Assembly: GCA_964016885.1 (NCBI GenBank)
Contig: OZ024757.1
Span: forward strand, 4,836,001-4,900,000
DNA length: 64,000 nt
Origin: Eledone cirrhosa
Lineage: Eukaryota
Reading direction: 5' to 3'
A program made the translations under genes and the position numbers. Positions 25,480-38,387 of the stretch are shown here, one piece after another. Position 1 is the stretch's first letter; each line of letters opens with the position of its first letter. The notes under the pieces were generated by a model. It ran no database searches. It saw only the letters and a list, made by a program, of their open reading frames with translations, and was not told the DNA's origin.

Positions 25480-26130
25480 GCATTATTCAACCTGCCCTTT
25501 GTTTTGAGGAAAAAGCCTTTAGTAAGTTGCCATGGTAGTAGCATCCTGAACCTTTTCCATTCCATGTTCACTCAGGCTGCTCTACTTTCAGAACACCCAC
25601 CTCCACTGATGATATCATCACCCAGGTAACAGAAGCTGTCTACCTCTTCTATGTGACCCCCCAACAGTTTGTTAGGGCTTGTTTCCTGTGAAGGCGTGTG
25701 GCTGAGTGGTTAGAGAATTGGATTCGCAATCGTGAGGTTGTGAGTTCGATTCACCAACCGGGTGATGCGTTATGTCCTTGAGCAAGACATTTTATTTCAC
25801 ATTGCTCCTTCTACCTGGAGTTATGACTGATAGATAGTATTAGCAATTGGAAAGACCAATGGAAACATTGTTTCCTCAGTCCAATTTGACGAAAGTCAAT
25901 CGTTGCTTCCTGTGAATGTTTACTGCTCCTGTGCACTGGCCACATGTAAAACCTATATTCTTAGCTAACCTACCTGAGATCCCACTACATCTCCTGTGTA
26001 TCCATTGTTTGTATTTTGGACAGAGAATGGAATTTATACCTACACCTTTCTAGCACACTGAGCAAGGCCATTTTTCTGAGGGGAGCAGGGCCCTATTTTC
26101 CCTTCTACTGATACTTGGTTGGCTAACCCA
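25480..26130 (-). mobile_element. Degraded RTE RT/PHD-region fragment
   Basis: Similar to 23500-23960 (VDSFCYLGD, SGGGCSE). Confidence 0.65.
25693..25906 (+). mobile_element. Full-length tRNA/CORE SINE with an alternative, non-RTE tail; 10-bp TSD TTCCTGTGAA
   Basis: A-box TGGCTGAGTGG, B-box GAGTTCGATTC; TSD at 25683-25692 and 25907-25916; sister copy at 30318-30528 (-). Confidence 0.85.
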
Positions 26131-26895
26131 GACATAGTCCTAAACAAATGAAACACTGGTGGAGTCGTAGGGGTACACTAAGTGACATACAGTATTTCTC
26201 GGGCATATATCTTAAAACCTGATGGAGCCCATCACCTCTCTCGTTTGAACACAATTGAGATCTGAATAAAACTTGAAGTGAAATCAGATATTGTATGGAT
26301 TCATATAGACTCGTAACTCCTGGTCTAAACACAGCCGATTTCTCCCAGATAAAGAGAGAAAAGAAGTAAGAAAAAGATATAGAGGAACAATTGACTCCTA
26401 CTAATCAAAAGATGGAAGTTAAACTGGTGTTGACATGTCACCAGGAGAGGAGATAATAGCTATGTTAGAGAGTCCTATCAGAATAAATTTTTCACTAAAC
26501 TGCCATAGAGCTACCTCTCTAGATATAGAAGGATAACATTTATAGAGCGTGCTGGAATACCACTGTTTGCATTGGAGAGAATTACTCTGGACAGGAAAGT
26601 TGATATCTACAGTTTACCAATATAGAAATATAAAGTTTCCACTGTTAAATCTATCTCTGCTTCTTAAGTATTCTGTATTATCTCATACTGTTTCTTTCTT
26701 ATTTCAGAATACCAGATGACATTGGGATAAATTATTATTTTCAATCTCGGATACATCACCTCTATTTATCATCATTTCAAGACTATTAATTGAAATCACA
26801 TTTGAGGGAAATATAGAAGATATATTTTTTAGGAATATAATCTAAAAAGTATTACAAGTAAAACATTTGTATATTCGGTTGAAGAAAAAGTTATT

Positions 26896-27975
<1,080 letters not shown>

Positions 27976-28339
27976 CGCATTGACATCAGTGATAAATCCT
28001 CTCAAAATTGTGAATTAATGAGAATACAAATATATATCAGTGTAATATCTATGGTAAATCATTCTCTTTCAATGCTACATTAACTTCACACAAACATATA
28101 CAGGTGGGAAGCCATATCACTTTGATATGTTTGGAAAATATATCTTTTAATGGAGCAATTTAACTAAATATATGTATAGATGAGGGAAAACATATCATCA
28201 TCATCATCATTTTACGTCCGCGTTTCCCTGCTTGCAAGGGTGGGATGGGTCCTTTTCAACACAGCATCTCTCCACTTGTCATGGTCCTTTGTCATCTACA
28301 CCGTGAGCTTCAGAGGTCTGCCCTTACCACCTCAGCCCA

Positions 28340-29010
28340 TGTAAATCATTTTCTAATTTTGGTTTCACTAAACACTAACATAGAGGAGAGGAACCATATC
28401 ACTGTGATGTCTGTGATAAATCATTCTGTAAATGTTGTGGTTTCACTAGACACTAACATACAGGAGAGGAACTATATCATTGTGATGTCTGTGGTAAATC
28501 CTTCTCTAAATGTTGTGGTTTCACTACACACTAACATACAGGAGAGGAACCATATCACTGTGATGTCTGTAGTAAATCCTTCTCTAAATGTTGTGGTTTC
28601 ACTACACACTAACATACAGGAGAGGAACCATATCTCTGTGATGTCTGTGGTAAATAATTCTCTATATATTGTGGCTTCCCTACACACTAACATATACAGG
28701 AGAGGAACCATATCACTGTGATGTCTGTGGTAAATAATTCTCTAAATGTTGTGGCTTCACTACACACTAACATACAGGAGAGGAACCATATCACTGTGAT
28801 GTCTGTAGTAAATCCTTCTCTAAATGTTGTGGCTTCACTACACACTAACATACAGGAGAGGAACTATATCACTGTGATATCTGTAGTAAATCCTTCTCTA
28901 AATGTTGTGGCTTCCCTACACACTAACACATACAAGAGAGGAACCATATCACTGTGGTGTCTGTGGTAAATAATTCTCTTGTAAAGGTTACTTAATGCAA
29001 CACAAACAGA
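28340..29010 (+). repeat. 78-bp tandem repeat of a defective zinc-finger unit in the ZNF C 3' region
   Basis: AAATGTTGTGG at 28430, 28508, 28586, 28744, 28822, 28900; each unit reads ...CAC TAA CAT ACA GGA GAG GAA CCA TAT CAC TGT. Confidence 0.85.
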
Positions 29011-29242
29011 CAAGATAAAAACCATGTCACTCACCTAAAATAGTGCCACCAATGTTGTTAATATTTTGAATAAAACTGTTTTACTAAGAAATTCTTCCTT
29101 CATTTCATTTGTAGAAGTTGTAACCAAGACTTGTGCTGACAAAACTGTATTGTTCAGAATTGACATATGCTATATATATGTGAATATATGTGTGTAGAAA
29201 TTTGTGTCCATGTATATGTTTGTATATAAGTATGTGCATATC

Positions 29243-29581
29243 ATCATCATCATCATCATTTAACGTCCACTTTTCCCTGCTTGCAAGGGTGGGACTGAAA
29301 TGATTCTGGCTTGATTTCTACAGCTGGATGCCCTTCCTAACACCAACCTCATTTACAGAGAGTGCTGGGTGCTTTTTTGCCATGGCACCTCCACGACCAC
29401 TTTGCAGTGGAATGATATGAACCCCAGTCCCTATCATCTCATTTCTACAGCTGAGTAAACTGGAGCAATGTGAAATAAAGTGTCTTGCTCAAGGAAACAA
29501 CACATCACACGGTCTGAGAATTGAACTCACAACCTTTCGATTGAAAGGCCAATGCTCTAACCACTAAGCCATGTGCCTCCA
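29243..29581 (-). mobile_element. Full-length tRNA/CORE SINE with RTE tail
   Basis: Reverse complement of the 1482-1819 family; head TGGAGGCACATGGCTTAGTGG. Confidence 0.9.
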
Positions 29582-29629
29582 CTGTGCATATCTGTATTTG
29601 ATTTATTTATTATGTATGTGTGTATATGT

Positions 29630-30125
29630 ACATCATCACTGTTTTTATGTCTGTTTTTCTATGCTTCCTTGGGTTGGACAGGTCCTTCTCAACATGGCAT
29701 CTTTCAACTTGTCGTGTTCCTTTGTCATCTCCTCTGTGAGAGTCAGTTCACACAGCCTCTGTCCAGGTCTTTCTTGGTCTACCTCTACTATGGCTTCTTT
29801 CTACTGGGATGTCCTGGCACTTCTTCACCCAGCTGTCATTATCCATATGTATCACATGTCCGTACCAATGCAGTCTTCTCTCTTACACATCTCTTAAGTT
29901 CCCTCTTAAACCCAGCTTCTCCCTCAACTTGTCCAAGCTCTGCCTTTCTCTCACACTTAAATGGCACATCCAATGAAGCATGGTTGCTTCATTCCTCTCC
30001 AGTCTACACTTTATTTCTGCTGTCACAGCCCTTGTTTCACTACCATGCAGCATCATATTTTATTGGCAGGTGTTATACAGTCATCCTCCACTGCTAATTA
30101 AGTCACAGAAGCTATCAACCACTTC
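29630..30125 (-). mobile_element. Degraded RTE 3' fragment
   Basis: Similar to 31140-31508 and 24742-25240. Confidence 0.7.
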
Positions 30126-30317
30126 AATGTGTGTATAATTACAAGTGTATCTTTATGTGTCTGTATATATGTGTATTCATCTGCATAGATTTGCAGTATA
30201 TGATACAGCCGGGAGAACATCTCATATTATCTGGGTCCTTCTAGCAGATCCAGCAAGTGACACATATATATATATATTATATATATATGTATAATATATA
30301 TATATACATATATATAT

Positions 30318-30528
30318 CGTCAGTCGATCGACTTTCGTCAAATTGGACCGAAGAAACAATGTTTCCATTGGTCTTTCCAATTGCTAATACTATCTATTGG
30401 TCACAATCCAGGTAGAAGGAGCAACGTGAAATAAAGTGTCTTGCTCAAGGACATAACACATCACCCGGTCCGAGAATTGAACTCACAATCTTTCAATTAC
30501 AAGCCCAATGTTCTAACCACTAAGCCAT
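30318..30528 (-). mobile_element. tRNA/CORE SINE with alternative tail
   Basis: Reverse complement of the 25693-25906 family. Confidence 0.85.
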
Positions 30529-30545
30529 ATATATTATATATATTA

Positions 30546-30724
30546 CTAGCAGAATGGCCCGGAGATCGCTAAATCGCCTAATGCGGTCCCTAGGGCATTG
30601 AAAATTTGAAATGTTTCTACTCATAACACTCACAGGACCATAAGTATTACATGTGTAAAGTTTGAAAACAATCGGTTGGGTGGTTCTTGAGTTTTAGGCA
30701 TTCTCTATTTTAGATATATATAGA
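30546..30724 (-). mobile_element. Non-autonomous Helitron (Lep1-like architecture)
   Basis: Minus strand starts TCTATATAT and ends CCGGGCCATTCTGCTAG, between A and T; internal AAGTTTGAAAACAATCGGTT motif on +. Confidence 0.6.
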
Positions 30725-30904
30725 TATATATATTATATTATATATATATATATATACATATATATATGTTATATATATTATATTATATATATATATATAT
30801 ATGTTATATATATTATATTATATATATATATCATATATATATATATATTAAATATATTAAATATATATATCATATATATATATTAAATATATTAAATATA
30901 TATC

Positions 30905-31508
30905 AACCCACACTATAAAGTGGACATGTAGGCAACACGGAAGAAAAGTACCCAGCACTCAGTGTAAATGACGTTGGTGTTAGGAAGGGCATCCAGCTGT
31001 AGAAATCAAGGCAAAATCACTTCCCGTATGAGCATGACAAGGTCAGCCAACCGGACACTGCCCACAACAGGACAACCCGTCTAACCCATGCTAGCATAGA
31101 AGAACGGACGTAAAACAGTGTTGATGATGATATATATATATCATCATCATCATCATTTTACGTCCGCTTTTCCCTGCTTGCAAGTGTGGGAGGGGGTCTT
31201 ATTCAGCACAGCATCTCTCCACTCGTCACGGTCCTTCGTCATCTCCACCGTGAGCTTCAATGATCTGAGGTCTGTTCTCACCACCTCCACCCATGTTTTT
31301 CGTGGTCTACCTCTACCACGTCTTCCTTCAACTGGCATTTCCTGGCACTTCTTCAGCCATCGGTCATCTTCCATGCGCATCACATGTCCATACCACCTCA
31401 GTCTCCTCTCCCGTACACTACATTCTATCCCTCTCAGACACAGTTTCTCTCTCAACAGATTTATGCTGGGTTGTTCAAGCACATTTACACTGCACATCCA
31501 ACGGAGCA
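30905..31508. mobile_element. Two RTE 3' fragments tail-to-tail (30905-31130 +; 31140-31508 -)
   Basis: 3'UTR matches ~49375-49600; ORF MLRWMC...RRLRWYGHVMR...RGRPRKTW. Confidence 0.85.
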
Positions 31509-31509
31509 A

Positions 31510-33563
31510 CTTTATGAATTTCAGTTTAAAATCAATTATAAGATAATCACCGACAGAGGGCTAATATTTATAATTTTGGGTTATTTTCCACAATAAAGTG
31601 AAACTTATATAAATTTACATAATCTTTGGGTATTTTCCACGAATTGGCATAACTAGCTCCCTACCGGTCATTTCAATGCAGATATTGTTAAAGGTGAAAT
31701 AACATAGTTCTAATTGATTTTAAACTGAAATTCTGAATAAAGAAAATGCCTGGACGTCCACCTGCACCAATTTTCATTGTTGAAAATGTTAATTCATCAC
31801 AGCAGACGTTAAATATGGATTTGAAAATGAGGGAACTGGCGATTTTAACTGCAAACAAACTCAGTATTATCGAATTTATGGCTCGGAACCGATTACTTTC
31901 AAACACTATGAACTGTCCTTCATGTAATATTTCCTGTTCGTTTGTAAGTTACAAAGAAGGAATCGACCAATTTCGATGGAAATGTAAGGTATGCAGTTTA
32001 AGAAAATCTGTCCATTCTGGGTCATTTTTTTTTCGAGGCCACTTAGATTTACATCAAATGATTTACTTCTGGTCAATTGGGTTCGAAAATATTATTATTG
32101 CTGACGAGATTCGGTGTAGTGAAAACACCATTATTGACTGGTGCAACTTTTTACGGTACGTGTGCAGTGAATGGGTGGATCGAAACCCATCAAAACTAGT
32201 TGGAATGGATGATGACAGAGTCCCAATAGTTGTATAAATCGATGAAAGTAAATACTTTCATCGAAAGTACGCTCGTGGGACCTGGCATGAAGGCCAGTGG
32301 GTCATTGGTGGGATCGATACCAATAATCCCAGAAAAATTTTTCTTGAAGAAGTCCCAGATCTCACTGCTGAGACCCTGCTACCCATTATACAAAACCATG
32401 TGCTGAGTGGATCCATGATACATACGGACCGATGGCGTGCGTACAATCCTATACGACATATGCCTGTTAATTATCAGCACTCTACAGTGAATCATTCACT
32501 AAATTTTGTCGATCCGGTATCAGGAACGCATACCCAACATATTGAAGGACTCTGGTCTCATGCCAAAAAAAAATAAATAAAAATAAACGGCACTAGCCGA
32601 CCCATGTTTCAGTCATATTTGAATGAATTCATGTGGCGGTGGCGAAATGACAGCTTTATGAGTGGAGGCGGTAGATGTTTCCCAAAGATTTTAAACTGTA
32701 TATCGGAACAATATATTGTTTAAAGAAATATTTTTTTTCTTTTTTATTGTTGCGATATACAGTTTAAAATTTGCTTCCAAAAGTCCAAAAAGATATAAAT
32801 CTTTAAAAAAATTATAATAATTCTTTATTATTATTTTCTTTTTCTGTAAATAATTATTTTTCTATATATCTCAAACCCTGCCAAACACCACATCTGTCCA
32901 TCTGTAAATTTAAATGACTGTTCTTTCATACTTATCCTCTTCAACTACACATGGATATTTCTCTTACTGTGGAGAAGGAATTAGAAAAATTTTATCAAAA
33001 TTCACTGCTATTCGGGAACATACAAAGCGAACTTTGGGTGACATACCAACTTCTGTTGATAATATAAGGAAAGAAATCAGTGAATTATTACATTTTGATT
33101 GCATTTTTATTACAACCACTAATACTTACTATTATACCGAGGGGCCCTGCCCGTTCGGGAAAGGCTCTACAGACACGGATTCCGGGACGGAAACCCCTTG
33201 GAAAAGAAATGTCCCAGATGCGTTTGCAACGAGGAAACTGTGGGGATATGTCGCCGGCCAACAAATGGTCCTCTTGGAGAAAAAGGCACTCAGTCCCAGC
33301 CAATTCCATGAAAGATGGGTGAAAGTAGCAATAATGGCCCGTGTACGTGGGCCATCTCTCTATATCGGCTTGTACAGGTAAGAGAAGAAGGGAGCACCCC
33401 CTCTCTAATAAATCACCAAAAAAAATAAATAAATAAATCTATATTTCTTTTAACGGCTAAAAAAAAGGGGGAATGTAAATTTGTTGGAATAGCCTCATAC
33501 ATTGAAGTAAGCAGCAACTGCAGCAAGTAAGCGGCATTTAGGCCGCTAAAATTGGATATCGCC
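31510..33563 (+). mobile_element. Merlin-like DNA transposon; right end GGATATCGCC present, left end not found
   Basis: Transposase above; sharp junction with cassette X at 33563/33564; terminus reads GGCGATATCC on -. Confidence 0.6.
31746..32723 (+). pseudogene. Merlin/IS1595(ISXO2)-family DDE transposase with two in-frame TAA stops (32235, 32574)
   Basis: N-terminal CPSC...CKVC Zn ribbon; VV*IDESKYFHRKY.RG, WVIGG, IHTDRWRAY, HSTVNHSLNFVDPVSGTHTQHIEGLW, YLNEFMWR. Confidence 0.9.
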
Positions 33564-33992
33564 TAAGAATAGATATGACAGTGTAAGACTGATGTCGGGG
33601 AATTAAAATTGTGTGTATATATATAATTGTTACACAAGATATAATTAGATTAATTAAAGTTATAATGAAGACAGCAGGTACTCGGTGTCGTTGAGAATGT
33701 TTCAACTCTTGTACCGGTGTCATACCTTAAAAGTCCCTGATAAAATATTATACATTCAGACACACTTCCAATCGTATTTAATTGATGGCAAATCAAAAAG
33801 TATCACTCAGTAAAATATCAATTATATATTTACGTAGTCTCTCACCCTGCTAGAAATAGCAGTGACATTATCTATTACAGATTTTTCTTTCTTTAAACTC
33901 TTACATTTAGTTAAACAATCAACACAGCAAGTCTTTTGTACAGACTTCAGAATAAGCTCGAAAACCGCCAGAATATCATTCTCCTTCTTGCT
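33564..33992 (-). promoter_or_regulatory. Cassette X copy (promoter part), cut ~27 nt downstream of the Inr-like site by the Merlin element
   Basis: Matches 62794-63131 and the reverse complement of 16313-16763. Confidence 0.6.
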
Positions 33993-34039
33993 ATATATAT
34001 ATATATATATATATATACATGCACGCACACATAATATAT

Positions 34040-34120
34040 ATACAGTGAAATTCCGTTATAACGAAATTCACGGGGTATAAAGATAATTCGTTGTAACGAC
34101 AAATTCTTTATAATCAAAAC
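34040..34120 (+). mobile_element. Tc1/pogo-like terminal inverted repeat remnant
   Basis: TA|CAGTGAAATTCCGTTATAACGAA with internal TTCGTTGTAACG repeat; partner end not found. Confidence 0.45.
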
Positions 34121-34409
34121 AAATCGTTTGTTTGTTGTTCAACTGTATTCTAGTTATGGTGTTTCACATGGAACCTTATATATATAACACAGAGAAGTAT
34201 AGAGTCCAAGTGAAAATATAAGACAACATATAATCTAATAAGAAGGTTAAAGAAAAGAAGGAAAAACAAGTGAAATGAAAGAGAAAGTTGAAAGGAAAAT
34301 GTAGAAAAGAATCATTGAAATAATTATTCTACAAAGTGTTCTGTCTCATTTAGAAAGTGTTTTCTATGTTGGCCAGCTAAAATCTTCCCTCACTTAATTG
34401 TATCAAGTT

Positions 34410-36431
34410 TATAGCGAGGATACTGGGTTGTATGAATGTAACAAAACGAGACATGGTTTGTGTATATAATATTTAATTAACGGTAGATGGAATACTTGAC
34501 ATGTCAAAGATAGATGTTAGAATGAAACAAAGTTAGTAGTTACCGTTTTGATTGCCAGGCAAACGCGGCTGGCAGAGGGCGCCTGTTGGCCAAATTAATG
34601 GCAGAGCCAAATGAGAAGACTCTTGACCTGGTGCCGAAAAGGCAAAGAGAGAAAGGAAGCTTAAAGTTGTTAGTTTTATAGGGCTCTGACCGGAAGTCGC
34701 AGAAAGGGTTCCACCTCCCGTCTAGATCCCAATCAAAACAAGGGAGACAACCGCTACATAACCTCCCGCCAGAATTTTAGTGTATAAAAATCGAAATGAA
34801 AATATGTAGCAAGTTGGCGAGAATGTTGTAACAGGCATGAAAATTACGACAAAAGAATGTTTGGAAAAATCAATGATAGATATCAAGGTAGCCAACCGCT
34901 CTTGGCCAGAGAACGACTGGACATCCATCTATCCATCACCCAAAGATACAATGTAATAAAGTAAAAGTAATAGAAGAGCTCAAAGTTCAAAATATAGTTC
35001 ACAGGTGTGCAATCACATGACAGCAGGAAAGAAAGTGTGTTCCAGAGAATGAATGCAGGTGGTTTCTGTTCTGTGGTATATCGTGAAATTTCCAACCTCC
35101 GAATGGATTTTCTCACAGGAAGAGTGCTGCCAAAAATGAATTCTCTGGCTTTGGTGAAGCTGTATTGATGTATTGCTGTTGCTGTTATATTGCTGTTGCT
35201 GCTGCTGTTGTCTCGCTGAGTGAGCGTATTCGGTGTTTAAATTCACAGTAAAAAAATTTTTTTTTAGAAAAAAATGAGTTGCGCAAAGTGCTAGAAATAG
35301 CAGCCGAAGTTGATGGTCAATGTTGAGAATGCGTTGACCTGGAAGGGTCAAGAGGCCAGCGACCAGAGAAATAAGCATTCCTAATAAATGCGCGGTTATC
35401 AACTGTAAATTTACATTGTAAATTTATAAACCGGCAAATAGAAGAATATAGCTTAAGGCTGAAGAATCCCTGGTGATAAATGATATCTCTGGCGTGCGGC
35501 TGTCTGTGAGTAGAGACATCTCAGTGAATCGAGAATTTATGCTGCCTACACGTGCCAATACAAGGTTGAAAAAAAATATTTCTAACGCGCGAGAAAATGA
35601 TAGTGCAATTTTGAAAGTGACAATGATGAAAAAGAAAGGCTTCAATCAGCATAATTATTGGTGTGAACTTTGGGAAGAAAAAAAAAAATTGAACGATGAA
35701 GAAAACGATGAACAAAAAGGCAATGGTTCATCGAAAATAAATGTTCCTGTTGAAATGTTATTTAAAGAATATCAAATTTCTTTTTTTTTTTTTTTGTGTT
35801 TTGAAAGAGTTCGTTGTAAGAAACGGGAAACATATATATATATATTGGTGAAATGCGACAGTTAATTGATGCGTGAGAGAAAAAGTATGTCTGTGCGAAT
35901 TCCACATGTGCGTGTGTGCGTGTCCTTGAGTAGTTTCATTGTTTGTCGCTAAATTTGCTGTGTATTCGTAATGTTACTCACAAAACCAGATGTGCTATTT
36001 TTTTATTTTTTGGGGGGGGGGTGACCACTTATAGCGATGAACGGCTGCGTGTTCGTATCACGTCAGGGTCACCAATATAGCGAGGATACTGGGTTGTATG
36101 AATGTAACAAAACGAGACATGGTTTGTGTATATAATATTTAATTAACGGTAGATGGAATACTTGACATGTCAAAGATAGATGTTAGAATGAAACAAAGTT
36201 AGTAGTTACCGTTTTGATTGCCAGGCAAACGCGGCTGGCAGAGGGCGCCTGGCGCCTGTTGGCCAAATTAATGGCAGAGCCAAATGAGAAGACTCTTGAC
36301 CTGGTGCCGAAAAGGCAAAGAGAGAAAGGAAGCTTAAAGTTGTTAGTTTTATAGGGCTCTGACCGGAAGTCGCAGAAAGGGTTCCACCTCCCGTCTAGAT
36401 CCCAATCAAAACAAGGGAGACAACCGCTACA
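34410..36431 (-). mobile_element. Young non-autonomous LTR retrotransposon (Gypsy/Mag-like deletion derivative): LTRs 36076-36431 and 34410-34758, tRNA-Trp PBS, PPT, 4-bp TSD AGTT
   Basis: LTRs identical by eye except a 7-bp GGCGCCT duplication; termini TGTAGCG...CGCTATA; PBS TGGTGACCCTGACGTGAT; PPT CTGGCGGGAGGTTA; AGTT at 34406-34409 and 36432-36435. Confidence 0.9.
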
Positions 36432-37649
36432 AGTTCATTAGTTAACCCTAACTTTCCTGTAAAAAATTACTGATTTCAACAACAACTTTTTGGCTAAAAC
36501 CACTAACAATAACAAATATGTTTGTTTCGAGAGAAGGAGTGAATACCTCTATGTGGTTACTTGACCTGTTGGAAATAGCAGCTAAATTTCTTTCAGGTCA
36601 CATACCTTCTTGAATTAGGAAAAGACTGTTTGGTCGGTTGCTTTAAGCCCCAGTTTAAAGACAATCGGGAACTAAACGGGGGTTAGTTCCCTAATGAAAT
36701 ATATATCAGGATTGAGTGATCCAAGTTTTATTTTGACATTTTATTCGTAATTACGTGTAACACGTGTTTCGTGAATGTATTATATTTATTTCTCCTCCAC
36801 TGTTTTTGATACATCTCAATATTCTGTCTAGGCAGCCGTCCCTGCTGGACGGGTTTTTTTAGGGCTCCCTTTAAGTCAACATAAGCAACACATACAACCA
36901 CGTGCGACTACCCACCAAAAACAAGAAATCAATCACTGAAATATTGACTTAAATAGTCCTTACAAACCTAAGGTAACACAGCAAAAAGCCTACTTAGCCT
37001 TACCAGGGCGAAAGCTAGGACATTCCACAATTTATTACTCATCTGAACGTTATCTCCATAATTATGTGGTTGGTACCAGTACATCTCTCAACAAGATTTC
37101 TGCTCTGTTAACCTGGCTTCCACACACTGAAGCATTAACACTGCAGTAACTCAACCACTCTTACAACACGTCGTTTGTATTTACAAGCAAAAGAAAAGAT
37201 AACATGAAAAAATCAATTCAAACACAAACAAAAAGAAAGATCTATCGCCTTGCTTCTCCATATTTTTATTGAAGATTCTCATCCAACATCTGCTAACACA
37301 ATAAGTTAGTTTCAGAAGCCCCAAGTTCGAGCAGTGATTCGGTAATCTTGGTAAAGTTAAACCTACATAAGTAGATATAATTCAGACTAAGGGTCAGACC
37401 TGTAGCAATTGAATGAATTTCTCCAACATTTAGCCGTTCATATTATAGATCATCTTGCCTGTGTTGAAATATGAAACCACAGAAGCATCACTATCGCAGC
37501 CTTGATCGTGGTTCAGTGACACTACATGCTCAACCCATCGGCCAACAGCTCCTACCCAACGACCAACACAACACCCCACCTAAAGACAAGAACCTTACAG
37601 TTAGCAGCCCGACTCCCTCTCTTTTTATTTGTAATATGACGATGGTATG

Positions 37650-37795
37650 ATCTGAGTTCAAATCCCTCCGAGGTTAATTTGCCTTTCATCCTTACTGGGT
37701 CGATAAAATAAAGTACCAGTAATGAACTGGTGTTGATTTAATCTACTTTCCCCTCCCCCAACATTGTTGGTCTTATGCCTATATAAGGAACCAAT
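37650..37795 (+). mobile_element. 5'-truncated Meta-type SINE
   Basis: GAGTTCAAATCC; GCCTTTCATCCTTACTGGGTCGATAAAATAAAGTACCAG. Confidence 0.8.
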
Positions 37796-38106
37796 ATTAT
37801 CACGACGGTTATGTTAACAAATAAACTGTTTATTTAGATTTTTAAAAATTTATTTTAATATTAATTTAGATCAATTATAATAATTTTCTTTCATAGACAT
37901 TAAAATCAAACATAATTTAATCATACATTGTAGTTTTTAATAAGTTAATAATTCATTGTATGTATATAAATATATAATAAAATATTTTATGTGCATAACT
38001 GTCCATCTATATGTATACATGTATAAAAATATATTTACATACATATATACATTTTCAGACGTATACACATAAAAGTATATATATATATTCATATAAATAT
38101 ATATAT

Positions 38107-38285
38107 ATCGCTGCCATGTCCTGCATCTCCAACAGACCAGTGTCTGTCCTTAGGGCATCAACATATGTTAACCTTGGTCTTCCTCTTCTAGTGTGTCCAT
38201 GGCAGCGATAATGAGGGACAGAGACCGCTGGAGAGAACTCGTCCATGGATCTCGGGAATTTTACCCGCCTTAGATAGATAGATAT
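38107..38285 (+). mobile_element. Short LINE 3' end with 5' inversion and (TAGA)n tail
   Basis: Minus part RRGRPRLTYVDALRTDTG...MAA continues on plus as MAAIMRDRDRWRELV. Confidence 0.7.
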
Positions 38286-38352
38286 ATATATGTATACACG
38301 TGTAGTATATTTAATGGAATACATAAGAGTATATATTTATAAATATATGTGC

Positions 38353-38384
<32 letters not shown>

Positions 38385-38387
<3 letters not shown>

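Noticed and set aside
32914-33381. 155-aa ORF inside the Merlin-like element
   Set aside because: No recognisable motif; cannot be supported as a gene without a search.
36836-36860. Hairpin plus T-run (CCGTCC-CTGCT-GGACGG-GTTTTTTT) like a bacterial intrinsic terminator
   Set aside because: Isolated, with no prokaryotic gene upstream.
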